Numbered from the stretch's first letter, positions 12,328 through 25,880 are shown. The stretch is 64,000 nt of DNA from Carcharhinus longimanus (GCA_030264375.1 JASCQW010000098.1:35711418-35775417), one strand, 5' to 3'. Notes: a model not told the origin generated them from the sequence alone. Made by a program: numbers and translations.

Positions 12328-12725
12328 ACATAAGAACATAAGAAATAGGAGCAGGAGTAGACCATCCAGCCCTTCGAGCCTGCTCCGCCATTCAATAAGA
12401 TCATGGCTGATCTGAAGTGGATCAGTTCCACTTTCCCACTTTCTCCCCATNNNNNNNNNNNNNNNNNNNNNNNNNNNNNNNNNNNNNNNNNNNNNNNNNN
12501 NNNNNNNNNNNNNNNNNNNNNNNNNNNNNNNNNNNNNNNNNNNNNNNNNNTCCACTCATCTTCGTGTCATCAGCAAATTTCATCACCCTACACTCAGCCC
12601 CCTCCTCCAGATCATCTATATAAATGGAAAATAGCTGAGGCCCCAGCACCAATCCCTGCGGCACTCCACTAGTCACCAGCCGCCAATCAGAATAGCACCC
12701 ATTGATAGCACCCAATAGCACCCAA
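12328..12725 (-). mobile_element. Young CR1 3' part spanning an N gap
   Basis: [33 protein letters not shown]; tail CTCCTATTTCTTATGTTCTTATG. Confidence 0.9.
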
Positions 12726-12740
12726 ACTCAGTGCAACTGC

Positions 12741-13083
12741 AAAATAAAAGCAAACTACTGTGGATGCTGGAAATCTGAAATAAAACAGAAAATGCTGGAT
12801 AAATTCAGCAAATCTGGCAGCATCTGTGGAGGAAAAGTGTTAACATTTAGGATCTAAATGATCTTCTATAAATTCTTCTGATTCTCCATTCTATAGAAGG
12901 GTCATTGAAGTCTGAAACATTGGGCCAGATTCTCCGTCTTCACCTGCAGCTCGGATTCACCAGACCTGCTGCACTGAATGACAGTGGCGGTGATCTGTGA
13001 GCAGCCAGTTATTAACTGTTTCTGTCTCCACAGATGCTGCCAGGTCTGCTGAGCTTATCCAGCATTTTCTGTTCTTATTTCAG
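12741..13083. mobile_element. Non-autonomous palindromic Penelope-type element
   Basis: Inverted arms CAGAAAATGCTGGATAAA..GGCAGCATCTGTGGAG / CTCCACAGATGCTGCC..TCCAGCATTTTCTG. Confidence 0.7.
12922..13010 (+). mobile_element. Harbinger-type MITE with ATT TSD
   Basis: ATT|GGGCCAGATTCTCC...GAGCAGCCAGTT|ATT; removing it restores GAAACATTAAC of the host element. Confidence 0.75.
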
Positions 13084-14069
13084 TGTAACCACCATTTATT
13101 TGTCAGCTTAATTTGCAAAAGCAAGAGAAATACTTCTCAAAGACAGAAAGTGTCACAGATGTGCACATGTGGGAAGGTCCTGTGTTACACTTTTTATTCT
13201 CATATGGATATGCCATGCTATGATTGGTCTTGGAGCGCTTGATGGCACCAGTGACCCTGATAATACTCAAATGACAACTGAAATACATATGGAAAAATTA
13301 ATGAGTAACGCAGCTGGATAAGCCTATTCCATTGAGAGTTTGCAACAAGAAAAACCTTTACTGTGGATATATACGCAGAGCAAAAAACAAGTTAAATTTG
13401 CTTATTTATAAACCACAGTAACTATTTGGACACCTGTCAATACTCATTTCCTTCCACAGCCACAACACAGTTCATCCTGCCCCACCTCAAATATATCATG
13501 CATATCAAATACAATAGCACACTAACTATATACCATCAGTCATTCTGGTTGTAAAGGCTTGGAACATAGAAGATCTAACAGTGTTGAGACAATGGTAATA
13601 AAATCACATTCCACTGGGAGAAGTTTTGGACGACAACAGATTTCTCAAGCAGGATGTTCAAACATTACAGGGTCATTGTGGAACCATTTTAAGGACTAAT
13701 GAACTCTACTTGAAGCTGCAGGATATTGATTCAAGCAACAGAGAAATGCCTGTGACAGATTGGCCAGTGTTGCATTGAATATGATGATGAGATTGGACAG
13801 TGTTGAGAAGGAGCAGCGATAATTTCAATAAAAAAAAACATACTTTAGAAACATAATCACTGACAGTTAACTGAGTGTATTTGAATACTACACAACATCA
13901 CCAGGAGGGAATCCTGACCAATCATCTTCTTGGCCAAATAGATCGCCCAATTTATTCCATCATTCATTACAACCTTACAAGAAGACAACTGGACATAATA
14001 TTCATGAGTATGAAGGAATTTCTAACATTTAGAGCAACACTGCAATTATTTTGTTTTTATGTTTTATGG

Positions 14070-15120
14070 AGAAGTGGAGAAGGAAGACTGATCTTGTCCA
14101 ACAGGTACTCTGTACTCCTTATCTGTGAGGACAAGGAGAAAAGCTCTAAGGAGAATAGCAACAATGCAGACCAAGGCATCATGATCCAGAAGGTTGTCGG
14201 TGGGGTGGCAGGACTTGATGAGGGATGCGGTAGGGCAGGGAGGCAAGAGCAGAATACAAGTGTGGTAGTCATAGTGGATTTTATAATTGCGGCATGAATG
14301 ACACTGTCCAAAGCCAAGAATGAGAACACTGAAGAATGTGTTGCATATTCAATGCCAGGGGAAGGGATGTCTTAAGGAGCTAGGGAAGAACTTAGAATGA
14401 GGGCGAGTAAATTCAGTTGTTGTAATCCATGTTGGACCATATAATTTTGGTGGGAGCAAAGAGCAGGTCCTCCTGAAAAAGTTTTGGAAGATGGAGTCTA
14501 AATTTAAAAACAGGGCCTCAAGAGTAATAATCTGTGATTTATTGAATGAGCCACATGAAAATTGGTATAGGAGTAAATAGATCAAGAGAATTAACGTGTG
14601 GCCAAAGGGCTAGAATGGGAAAGAGGAGTTCCTATTCGTGAGATAGTGGGTGGGATTTTTGCCCCAAAACCAGAAAGTCCTACCCGAGGTTCATGGACCT
14701 TTGCATGGTCCGCCTTCCACCTGCTACGATTCCCATGGTGGGCGGAATGGGAAAATACCGCCCCATTGGCATCAGTTTTTGAACAGGCAGGAGCTCCACT
14801 TGAACTGAGGTGACACTCCATCCTGATGTAACTGGGAAATAGGAAGATGGAAAAGGCTTTAAAGTATGGAGGGGTAGATCTATAAGAAATGTAAGAAGTG
14901 TAAATATAAACAAAACAGGGCAAGTGGACATCAGAAGGAAGAGATAATAATAGCAATAATAGCAAAGAAATAAATAGAATTGTAGAATGGAAGTCTAAAA
15001 AGATGGATAAAATTGAAAGGAAATCCTATTATAAGTACGCTAAAATCTTTGTACAAGAATATATCATATCCATGATAAAACTGAAGAGCTGGAGACAATC
15101 ATGTATTGGAACGAATAGAT
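14070..15120 (+). mobile_element. CR1 ORF1 (SGNH/GDSL esterase-like) to ORF2 start, degenerate
   Basis: LSNRYSVL, VVVIVDFII (cf. IVIGDSI), VVVIHVGP (cf. VIHVGTND). Confidence 0.7.
14648..14764 (+). mobile_element. Harbinger-type MITE
   Basis: AGT|GGGTGGGATTTT...GAAAATACCGCCCC|ATT; core CCCGAGGTTCATGGACCTTTG shared with 35192. Confidence 0.75.
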
Positions 15121-15289
15121 GTGGAATAGGTCATTCTTAGCATTATTGTCTTGTTAAATAACAGTAAATGGAAATATTCAGCATGTCTGCCAATGTGCAG
15201 AAGCAGTTAATGTTTCATGTAGGTGACCTTTTTGTCAGGACTGCTGAACTGGTTCTTTTCGAAAGTAGGGATTATTGAGACATGAGATA

Positions 15290-16370
15290 AGATTTTACCA
15301 ATTCTATCAATGTCTCAATATTGGGAGCAAACATGTTTCAGCAGGCAGTGAGACTTCTCCCTGAATTCTTCGGAAAGCAGCCAATGAATGGACTGTTGGT
15401 GGGGAAGACACTCAACTAAATACTGCGAGCAGGTCCTGGTGTCCGCACCATTCATACAGCTGCAGTTTTACAGAGCATTTGTGGAATATTCAGGCATCTG
15501 AATTCAGAAGGAGGAGCTAGGCAGCTGAGAAGATAATGCTGACATGATAACAGGAGAAGTAAGGGTCATCCCACATTTCAGCAATGCCTTCTTTGAGACT
15601 CTTGTACAAGTCATCAGTGAAAGGTGGCAGGTATTTTCCCTCTGCCAGGTGAACATTCCAGAAGCCCATAAAGAGTTAATGTGAGAAGGGGCAGATTTCA
15701 ACAATGTGGGCTACCTCGGGGCACTTCCACCACTGAGAACATGTCCTGAACCCCTTCCACTGTGACACAAATGCTAGATGCCGATCTGATGATTCAGTCC
15801 ACTCTGGTGCATAGATACAGGTTGACTCACATCTGTCAGTCCCCAGTAGAATTCAGGTACCCAAGGNNNNNNNNNNGCATAATAAAGGCAGAAGCATGTC
15901 TCCCCATCAACTCAAGACATATGGGGACCATCTCATACAAGTTTCCTTAAGTGTGCAACTAAATGCATGAACTTGCACTGAGGGTTCACTGAGGAATATT
16001 AAGTTTTGGAAATCCATGCACACCACATCAACATCATTTCCCACACAACCTTCTCTGTTATCACTTCAAAAACCTCAACCTATTAAGAAATAGGAGCAGG
16101 AGTAGGCCATCTAGCCCTTCGAGTCTGTTAGATAAGTTAGGACTTTCCCTTTCCCTATTCCATTATTTCAATATCTCTGCTGCTGCTCCCTGGAATGATA
16201 CAGTCAGCATGGGCATTGGTATTTGGGCATCTTGATGAAGCTAAGCTTCTACTGGTACATCCATTGAACTTGGTAGGACCTTCTGTTTCCAGGTTCTCTT
16301 AGGATGGTGCCCAATGGCTTCCTCTGACCTCTGGAGCTCCCCTGGTCTCTGAAAAGCCACAACATGGATG
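15290..16370 (+). mobile_element. Harbinger remnant with Myb/SANT-like partner ORF N-terminus
   Basis: ~15570-15650 reads PHFSNAFFETLVQVISERWQVF, like the PRFS..LE.L...V..R..VLF start of Harbinger Myb/SANT proteins. Confidence 0.55.
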
Positions 16371-16419
16371 AATTTCAGAAGAGAAAACCTTGATTGACCA
16401 ACTTTACTGAAATTTTTGA

Positions 16420-17940
16420 GAAATTACCATCACCATCAACAGAGAAATAGTATTAGACAAACTAATGGGGCTAAAGACAGATAGGTCCCCTGGCCCTGAT
16501 ACCTTGCATCCTAGGATTCTGAAAGAAGCAGCTACAGAAATAGTGGATGCATTGGTTGTAATTTTCCAAAATATCCTTGAATCCTGGAAAAATGCTGGAG
16601 GGTTAGAAAACTGCTATTGTAACACTTCTGTTCAAAAAGGAAGGGAGGTAAAAAGCAGGTAAATATAGAGCGATTGGCCTAACATCTATTGTTGGAAAAA
16701 ATGTTTGAATCAATTATTAAGGAAGTAAAGCAGCACATTTGGAAAATCATAATCGAATCAAATAGAATCATACTGGCTTCCTGAAAGGGGAATCATGTCT
16801 GACTAATTTATTAGAATTTTTCAAGGAAGACTCAACCAGAGCAGATAGAAGGAATCAGTAGATGTGTTGTATTTGGACTTCCAGAACATGTTCGACAAGA
16901 TACTTCACAAAAAATTAGGTCATAAGATAATAGCTCATGGTGTTAGAGGTAGCATATCAATATGGATAGGAAACTATGGATGGCTGATGGACAGGAAACA
17001 GCGAATGGGGATAAGAGATTCTTTATCAGGTTCGTGACCAGTAACGAGTGCATTCCCACAGGAAACAATACTGGGACTGCAACTGTTTACAATGTATATT
17101 ATTGACTTGGAGGAAGAAAGCTAATCTACAATTTTGCAGATGAATGACAAAAGTAAGTGGAAAAGCATGTTGCAAGAAGGATACAAACAGATTACAATAA
17201 AGTATGAAGGGGCTACTGATTTGAGCCCCCCCGACATCCTTCCTGTCCAAGATGTAGGTTTGATCACTTTCCTGTTTCTCTCCCCCTCTCCATTCCCCTC
17301 CCCCCTCCCAGTTGTTTTAGCTGCTCCTGGAAGGTCAGTGTCCTATCTAGGGCTATCCAAGGTAGGCCAGAGTTGGGTGGTGCTTTAACTTGTAGCCATT
17401 CATTTGAAAGGCGAGCTTTTTGTTGGCTTTTGCATTGTGAAGATGGAGCAAACTGGATACTGTTTTTGCAGGGCTTGGCTTGAGTCACTATGTGTTGTTC
17501 AAATTTTGACAAACCCTTGTTTAGGTCTATTCAAGATGTCAATGCCAGAGTCTTGAGTTGCAAGACAGGTGTTGCTGGCATATATGCTAGCAATTAAGAA
17601 GACTAATAGCATGTTGGCTATTATTGCAAGGGGGCTGGAGTACAAGAAAAAGGTGCTTTGCTGTGATTGTATATGGCATCAGTGAGACCACAGCTGGAGA
17701 ACAATGCACAGCTTTGGTCTCCATATTTAAAAATGGATCTTTTTCCAGTGGAGGTGGTATAGGAAAGGTTAACTCAATTGGTTCCTGGAATGAGAGGGTT
17801 GTCCTGTGATCAGAGGCTGAGTAAATTGGGTTTATTATCTCTGGAGTTTAGAAGAATAAACGCCACCATTGCATTGAACTGTCGAGCAGATTGGGACTGT
17901 GTGGTCTACACCTGCTCATATTTCTTATGCTCTTATGAGA
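16420..17940 (+). mobile_element. CR1 ORF2 RT through 3' end, interrupted at ~17200-17550
   Basis: KTDRSPGPDTLHPRILKEAATEIVDALVVIFQ; GFLKGESCLTNLLEFF; YLDFQ; 3' tail TTTCTTATGCTCTTATG. Confidence 0.85.
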
Positions 17941-18899
17941 AGATTCAAAGAAACAATGGCCATGATAATATCAACAAAATAGAATAACCTAAAAGAGATT
18001 TTAAGGGAGGTGTACTAATTAGGGAAGGAAGTTCAGAGAAGCAGAGAACATATTAATATAGATAAAAGACTGTACAGTAAAAACAAGCATCAAACAGCTC
18101 TGTTAGATGGATCTTTTAGATCTTGGAACAATAGTTTGTACCACACACAGCATTTATAGGCCTTCTCTAAACATTTCAGGGCTGATTTTAACCCTGTGAA
18201 CCTGGCAGAATGGGATAAGCAGGCAGTTAAAATGACTCATGGGAAATATCTAAATGGATTCAGCTGGCTTCCTGACAGTTTTGATCCTAACTTGTTCTTC
18301 TTGGTAGAGAAGAGGGTTACCAGCCAGAGGCAAGTGGGATCCCTCTTGACATGTGTAGATCTGTCTCCGATTATGTCTTCGGGGCTCCACTGTAATTTTA
18401 ACAGACAACTTGTTTTAGTTTCTGTGCCAGGATAGCCAATTGAGGAGAAGCTGGGAACAGAAGGACCTCACAAAGCAAAAATTGCTGCTTCCCTTGCACT
18501 AGGTTTTGGCCTTTCTTGAAATCCTCCCGACTATTTAGCTGATGGATTATTCCTTTAGCTTCCTGCTTCCCAGCATCCCACTCCCATTCACCAGCTAATG
18601 TCCTGCCAAGTTTGAGCAACTTACTAGGCCCCATGGGGTTATGGAGTGCGACAGGGTGATGAAAGAACCTATATGGTGAGTCCTTTACCAATTACCTTAG
18701 CTCCCATCTGCCCATTTCCCATTGTGAGTTGAAATCTATATTTAAAGCATTCAGCAGCAGAGTAAGAATTTGATGTCTCCACTACAATTCTCACTAGTTN
18801 NNNNNNNNNNNNNNNNNNNNNNNNNNNNNNNNNNNNNNNNNNNNNNNNNNNNNNNNNNNNNNNNNNNNNNNNNNNNNNNNNNNNNNNNNNNNNNNNNNN

Positions 18900-19390
18900 T
18901 TCACAGATGCACAATAGAAAGCATTCTTTCTGGTTGTATCACAGCTTAGTGTGGATCTTACTCTGTCCAAGGTGGCAAGAAACTACAAAGGGTCGGGAAC
19001 GAAGCCCAATCCATCACTCAAACCCATCCATTGTCACTGTCCACACTTCCTGCTGCTATGGAAAAGCAGCCAGTATAATTAAGGACCCCACGCACCTCTG
19101 ATACACACTCTTCCACCTTCTTCCTTCGGGAAAAAGATACAAAATTCTGAGGACATATACCAAATGACTCAAGAGCAGCTTCTTCCCTGCTGCCATCAGA
19201 CTTTTGAATGAACCTATCTTGTGCTAATTGATCTTCCTTTACACCTTAACCATGACTGTAACACTATATTCTGCAATCCCTCCTCTCCTTCTCTATGAAT
19301 GGTATGCTTTGCCTGTATAGTGTACAAAAAACAATATTTTTCACTGATGCCAATAAATATGACAATAATAAATCAAATCAAATCAAATCA
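18900..19390 (+). mobile_element. Rex1/Babar-type LINE 3' end
   Basis: IESILSGCITA, KAASIIKDPTH, LPSGKRY, SFFPAAIRLLN; (AATCA)n tail. Confidence 0.85.
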
Positions 19391-19489
19391 GGAAACCTAG
19401 TACTTGCTACAGAACTCCATTCTTGAAAAACTTGCAATTTACTCTCAATAATATACTTCCTAAGGGAACAAAAATTCCACTGGAAAGCT

Positions 19490-20105
19490 GGTTCAGCCAA
19501 GGCTAGAAGAGCAGTTAAAGACAGGATTAGCCTGAAGGAAGAGGCTTATAATGTTGCCAAAAAGTGTTGCACGCCTGTGGATTAGGAGGATTTGAGAACT
19601 CTGTAAATTATAACCAAGAAATTGATAAGAGAGATACAATGGAATCGATGATTAAACTGGCAAAAACAGAAAAACAGATTGTAAAAGCTTTATAAGTTCT
19701 TGAAAAGGGAGAGATTAGACAAAGTAACAATCAATCCCTTACAGGTAGCGACAAGGAAATTTATAATTGTGAACAAGGAAACGGTAAACATTGGCCAGGA
19801 TTTTCCAGCCCTTCCCGCCAATGGGATCTTCTGGTCCTGCTGAAGGCAATGGACTTTTGAATGGCTCGCCACATCCACCGTGGGGAATCCCAGAGTGACA
19901 GAGCTGGAAAATCCCTGCCTTTAACTCTGCCTGCACGGTACAGGGCAGAAAAATTGCAGAAACAACAACGAAGCAAGGGTTTAGTGAAAATGAGGACATT
20001 TTTAAAAATAGGATTTTCAGAGAAATAGTATTGACAAAATTAATGGGACTAAAACCTAACAAATCTCTTGGTGGTCTACAATGTAGAGTTTTAAAAAGGG
20101 TGTCC
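19490..20105 (+). mobile_element. CR1 ORF2 linker fragment containing a MITE
   Basis: KTDCKSFYKFLKRER..KV; EIVLTKLMGLKPNKS. Confidence 0.7.
19793..19919 (+). mobile_element. Harbinger-type MITE
   Basis: 17-bp TIRs GGCCAGGATTTTCCAGC / GCTGGAAAATCCCTGCC; flanks ATT/TTT. Confidence 0.8.
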
Positions 20106-20109
20106 TTTT

Positions 20110-23100
20110 TTATTCGCAAAATGTTGCTGTGGCATGCAGCTGATGAAAAAGCACCGTCACTTCATCTGAGAAATAATAATACTTAAAATAAAAGTGGAAA
20201 CTTTAATCACATGCAGCATTCTTCAGGGTTAAGTGATTCCAGAACCTGTGTCTGTTGAGGTGGCTGTGATGGGTTGAGCTGTCATCGGCCACCAATCCTG
20301 GCATTATTCTGTCCTTAGAGGGTGGCTGCAATAATGGGCTGCAGCCAGGCCAAGAGGAAAGGACAGCTCATGTGCCAGTATTGCAGAGAGTGAAATTGCA
20401 GACAGTTTCTGCTACCAGGGACTCAAAAGAGGACTTTGATGGGACAGTCTTTCACGGAACATTGAGATGTTTTATCCTTGGTATGCTTGCCTGACAACCT
20501 GTTGTGACTGTCAATGAGCATGGAGGAATCCAGATACAAAAACCCACAAAGCGTTATGCAGGTATAGGAGCCTCTCATTTTCACTGAAAGTGGTAGCCAA
20601 ATCCATGGCAGAGCATGAGGAACTAGCCATGCTGCAACATTTGATGACTAATGACTTAGCTTCCATTACAGCACAGGCAGAAACGAACCAACATCTCAAT
20701 GTTACAGTGCAAACTCTGACTGAGCTCTTGATATCCACACTTTCTACCATGCAGAATCAGACGCCTGCCATCATAACTCCAGATTTTAGTGCTCAATAGA
20801 ACAGGCAAGATCACAGAGTAGTCCAGTCTTTCAGTAGATTATTAGGGTTGTTCGGTTGCTGTCCTGAGTGAGTGCCACTCAGAAGGAAATAGTAGTTTGG
20901 GCCTGTATTCCTAGTTCCTCATTTTACTGATTTTCATTTTGGGCAGCTGGCTCAGTGAAACATTAACCCACTTTTCTGTCTCAGAATAAATGTATTTGTC
21001 CTCCCATCACTGCCACTGTGCCAATGCTGTTCCCTCTCAGTGTGCCAGCACAGGCAGCTACCATGCATATTGAGGTGGTGCAGCCTGAAGCTGGGCCTTC
21101 TCACAGAATCATACAATCATAGAATCCCGATAGTGCAGAAGGAGGCCATTCAGCCCATCGAGTCTGCACCAATCACAATCCCAGCCATTTACCCTGCTAC
21201 TCCCCTGACACTAAGGGACAATTTGGCACAGCCAATCAAACTAACCTGCACATCTTTGGACTGTTGGGAGCACCCTGAGGAAACCCACACAGACACAGAG
21301 AGAACGAGCAAACTCCTCACAGACGGTGACCCAAGGCTGGAATTGAACCCAGGTCCCTAGCGCTGTGAGGCAGCAGTGTTAACCACTGTGCCACCGTGCC
21401 GCCCCCTTCTAAGACTAGATCTGCTTTGACTGTGTCCTAGAAGGCTATCTGTAATTTCCCTAACTAAAAATCAGCAACTTTCTCCAGTCATGCTGTGGTC
21501 ACTAGGGTATACCTGGGTAGAGCATGAGGCCAGGCAAAGATATTGACATACAGGCTCTAAGGAGACTCACAAGGGTGAATTGTTCAGTTTTTTTTTCATA
21601 TTGTTGCATAAATTTTAGATGCAGCTCTTATCAACAGCTCTTTAGTTGGTGGCTTTTATTATAGGACTTTGAAGACACCATGATGTGGAGCCTGCGGGGC
21701 AGGCTCAAAGGGCTAGATGGCCTACTCCTGCTCCTATTTCTTATGTTCTTATTTCTTATGATAAGATGGATGGGAAGCTGGGGAATTATGGTTCAATGGT
21801 GGTGAAGGGATAATATCATAAGGAGAGAAAAGTCTCTCTAAGTGTTCATGGACATTCTTGTGAGGCCTCTTCTTCCTTTTCACAAGGCAGCCTCCGTATG
21901 ACTTTATATAATGATCTTTTGGAGGATGGAGCAGACAACTACACATTTACAAACATGCTCCAGCCAGAATTGCAGGCCACTGTGTGTTGTCCAGGCAGTG
22001 AAAGCATTGCTTGAGAATGCCAATGTGTGCTCTGTGATATTCCTGGTGGCAGCCTGACTCTCATTGTCCTCATATCTTTGGGTGGCAGAGGGGAATCATG
22101 ATTTATGTGTATAGTGGGTATCTCTTGTCTACAAGCAGCCTACCTCTGGTTCTGCCCCAAAGATGGTGGGAATGCAGGCTGCCTCAGATAAAATAGTTGT
22201 GGCTACTGCTGCCAGGATAGATTGCACTCATTGATGTGATGTTCTAGGTATGGTCACCCACTAACTGTACATGAACATGTACATTGTACATGAACTTTAT
22301 GCTTCTTTTCAATCTCCCCTTTTACAATGGGACCTGCCAAGCTACATACGTGCAGTCAATGGCTTCCTAAGTTTAGAAATCCCACCATTCTGGCAAAACC
22401 ACACACCATTTCTACTGCTTCTCTCTCCGTAAAAAGAAAATGATGAACTCTCTACTTTTTACATACAGGGCCTCCATCACCTCCAGTTTTCTGGATAGAC
22501 AGAAAACTGCATTACATCCCTCTCTATGCTCCCATTCCTATCACAGCCAGCTAAAGAGCAATGTGCAGAGGGGGGCAGACTCCAGATGTGTAGAAAGCAT
22601 CTGACAGAGAACATGTTTCTCACTACCAATCAAGTTACATCCTGGTACTTGTTTGAAAGTTCTGGTGATGAGGCTGTGGTGACTGTTCCTTTAAGGATCC
22701 ATCTGTGGAGCAAGGATCACATGACCTAGGGAACTAATTAGGGAGTAGGGTGGGGAATCACACTAGTGAGCTTGAGTTTCTGGTCCAGAACTTTCTTGGA
22801 AGCTGGCTGGTAGCCATAAGGCTGCAAACAATCATCTTTCCCATCAGGGCTTATAGGATGTCAAGGAAGACAACTGCCTGATGGACCTGTGGTCATAGTA
22901 TTTCACTGCATAAACTGTTCCACGAGAGATGGGTGGTGTGGCATGATTCAGCTATTTGAAGTGTTGTGTGACAATGTGACTAGACTCATCCTGCACAGTA
23001 CTGGAGCAGGTAAAACTTTAGCACATAGTGACACAAGGTGTTGGCATACCAAGGGTCTGCACAACTTGATGCAGACACATGCAAAGCATAGGGTATGTTT

Positions 23101-23373
23101 TTTTTATTCCTTACCATTGTTGGAGGGTTCAGCTCTCTAGGCATAGTAAAAATTAGTTACTTGGCCTTAATGGGTGCCTCAACATAAAAGTGTCCTCTCC
23201 TTCTCCCTTCAGTATCAGCAGCAGTCATCTTTCTCATGGTGTATTGATTCGCAGCTGCTAGACGCTCTCTCTGGTAAAATCCCACAGGGGTTCTCAAAAT
23301 CTTTCCTTGCTGGCTCAGCACTGACTTTCAAATCCAGTGACTAAACTTCCCTGTTTTTGCAAAATTCCAGCCC
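20110..23373 (-). mobile_element. Large degenerate Harbinger element: transposase on minus (~21880-22420), convergent partner ORF on plus (~20300-21560)
   Basis: Minus reads VQLVGDH..AIYPGSS, LLVDKRYPL, NESQAATRNITEHT, GILKQCFHCLD, CVVVCSIL; TIR AAAATTCCAGCCC at 23361-23373 followed by ACT. Confidence 0.8.
21102..21404 (-). mobile_element. Full-length HE1-type V-SINE with TSD
   Basis: GGGCGGCACGGTGGCACAGTGGTTAAC head, V domain, CR1-like tail; CCTTCT duplicated at 21096-21101 and 21405-21410. Confidence 0.92.
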
Positions 23374-24157
23374 ACTATACCACTTACAAAATGAAAAGCC
23401 TGTGGATCCTGTGGTCTCTATGTAGCCATTTCTAAATTGTTGGTCGTGTGATTCAGACCCCAGGTCCATCGTATTTCCTGCATGACAAAAATCATCAGAT
23501 CTATGACAAAAACAAAACCTTTAAAACATCTCAAAACAATGCCTATTATAACATTTTCTGGATGGTCTCTGCTTCTATAGAACCAGAAATGATTTTGTTT
23601 TCTAAAAATGTCTGATGAAATTACTAAAATCATTGTGAAATATATTTGTATAAATGGCATAGTGAATGTCAATCTGCAGCACTCTATTCCTAATGGTTGA
23701 TGTTGGCAGAAGCTTATGTTGTATTTTACTGCAGAAACAAATGAAAATGCATTTTTTTAGAAGTAATTGGCTTAAGTCATAAACGCTCCTGTAATGAGTG
23801 CCATAAAAGCTTCAATGCAAGTCAGCACAGCTCACCTCATTGCCTTTATTTTATGTAAACTGTTGATCCTGGTCTTATATCCACTCTGTNNNNNNNNNNT
23901 TGGTTAAACAAACTAGCTGAGCGTTTAATACTTGAATATGAATGTAACATCCATGTGTTTTAAATCACTTTATGGCCTTGCATCTCCCTATCATGCTCAA
24001 AGTTCACAAAACGTTCCCTCAAACTCTCCATTGGCCCGATGCTGTATGTTGTGCAATTCCTCCCCACCGTGTGCCCACTTTGTCCCACTATGATAGGTGT
24101 ACCATCAATTGTCCCAGAATCCCCTTGCTAAACTCTTGCGCCTTCCCTCTCCTCTTC

Positions 24158-24385
24158 TCAGAAATGTTACAGTGCAGAAGGAGGCCATTTGAACTATCAT
24201 GTCTACAGCAGCTCTCCAAATAAGCATCATGATTTGCTGCCATTCCCCTGCCTTTCTCCTGTACCCTTCACATTTTTTACATTCAAGTAATCCTTGATTG
24301 AACCTGCCTCTACCACACTTCCAGGCAGTGCATTCCATATCCAAGTCACTCATTCTGGGAAAAGATATTTCCCCTCATCACATTT
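24158..24385 (-). mobile_element. CR1 3' UTR fragment
   Basis: CAGTGCAGAAGGAGGCCATT tail; CCTGCCTCTACCACACTTCCAGGCAGTGCATTCCA. Confidence 0.7.
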
Positions 24386-24417
24386 CTTTTAAGTTCCTCT
24401 TCTAAAATCTCTTCTCG

Positions 24418-24730
24418 GGGCGACATGCTGGCATAGTGGTTAGCACTGCTGCCTCAAAGTGTCAGGGATCCAGGGTCGATTCCCCGCTTGGATTACTGTC
24501 TGTGTGGAGTTTGCACGTTCCCCCCGTGTCTGCATGGGTTTCCTCCGGGTGCTCCGGTTTCCTCCCAGTCGAAAGATGTGCAGGTTAGGTAGATTGGCCA
24601 TGCTAAATTATTCCTTAATGTCAGGGGGGTTAGCCGGGTAAATATATGAGGATACAGCGATAGGGTGGGATCATTGTTAGTGCAGGCTCAATGGGCCGAA
24701 TGGCCTCCTTCTGCACTGTAGAGATTCTCT
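24418..24730 (+). mobile_element. HE1-type V-SINE
   Basis: A/B boxes, TGTGTGGAGTTTGCACGTTC V domain, GGGCCGAATGGCCTCCTTCTGCACTGTA tail. Confidence 0.92.
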
Positions 24731-25766
24731 GCATCAATTGTTATGTAATTTTGCCTTTAAAGAACCTCAGAATTATTTTTCCTCTCTACTTTGAATGTTC
24801 ATTTAAATACAAGTTGATGTTGTTCTGTTACGTTCCTTTACATGGAATTCCTAATAAATTAATAGGAAAAGGAATATTAACATAAGGAGTCTTATATCAG
24901 CTACATCTCAAAAGATGAATGGCTTGAAATTAATCAGTGATAAGAACAGACTAATGGCTGATGGGTTCATCTGCTATTCCTCTATCCACTGTTTGTACAA
25001 GAGAGTTAACACTAGTTAAGACAGTAGAAGGTTACATGAGCATTGTTGTTGGCTATCCGCTATTCATTTCCATTGATAAATCCTAGCTTCAAATGAACGC
25101 TAAGTGAAAGCAGGCATTAAAGAGGCAGAATAAAATGCATAATCACCAATTGTACTAAACAAATAAACTCATTTGGTCTATTTCAAGATTGAATGTATTT
25201 GTTTTTAGAAACCCCATGTTTATGTGTGCAGGTGTCATACCATAACTGAAATGCAGACTGTTTCACAGCCTGTTTCAACCAGGTGGGAGTTTGTTTCACT
25301 TCAGACTGACAACGCACCTCTCAGATGATTCATCTTTGCTTTGGTACAACTGTAAATTTAGGAGAAATAAATCCAGATAAAAAGCTGTAACATAAATAAA
25401 TGCAGAGGAATGGAATGTCCTCCCTATATTTAAAATTAACAATAATGTAGCTAATAACATTAAAACCAGACAACCCAGAGACCTATTTTACCTTCCAGTT
25501 CTTCTCAGTTACGTTTAATTTAACACTTACTTTGTGCTACTAGATTTAAGAAAGTGATACATTTTTCTCTTAGTAACTGTGTTGAAACTATGGGTGGTAT
25601 AGTGGTGTCTCACAACTCCAGGGTTANNNNNNNNNNNNNNNNNNNNNNNNNNNNNNNNNNNNNNNNNNNNNNNNNNNNNNNNNNNNNNNNNNNNNNNNNN
25701 NNNNNNNNNNNNNNNNNNNNNNNNNNNNNNNNNNNNNNNNNNNNNNNNNNNNNNNNNNNNNNNNNN

Positions 25767-25880
25767 AATTCTCCCTCAGTATACCCAAACAGGCTCCAGA
25801 GTGTGGTGACTAGATGATTTTCACAGTAACTTCATTGCCATGTTAATGTAAGTCCACTTGTGACACTAATACATAAAAAT
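25767..25880 (+). mobile_element. V-SINE alternative tail after a gap
   Basis: Matches 4180-4295. Confidence 0.7.

Noticed and set aside
13600-13780. LKQDVQT resembling hAT transposase LKQDVxTRWNST
   Set aside because: The diagnostic RWNS is absent and the frame has flanking stops.
21300-21404. tRNA genes at SINE heads (also 4008, 24418, 49130, 55700, 57900)
   Set aside because: A/B boxes continue directly into the V domain and LINE tail, so these are SINE heads rather than cloverleaf genes.
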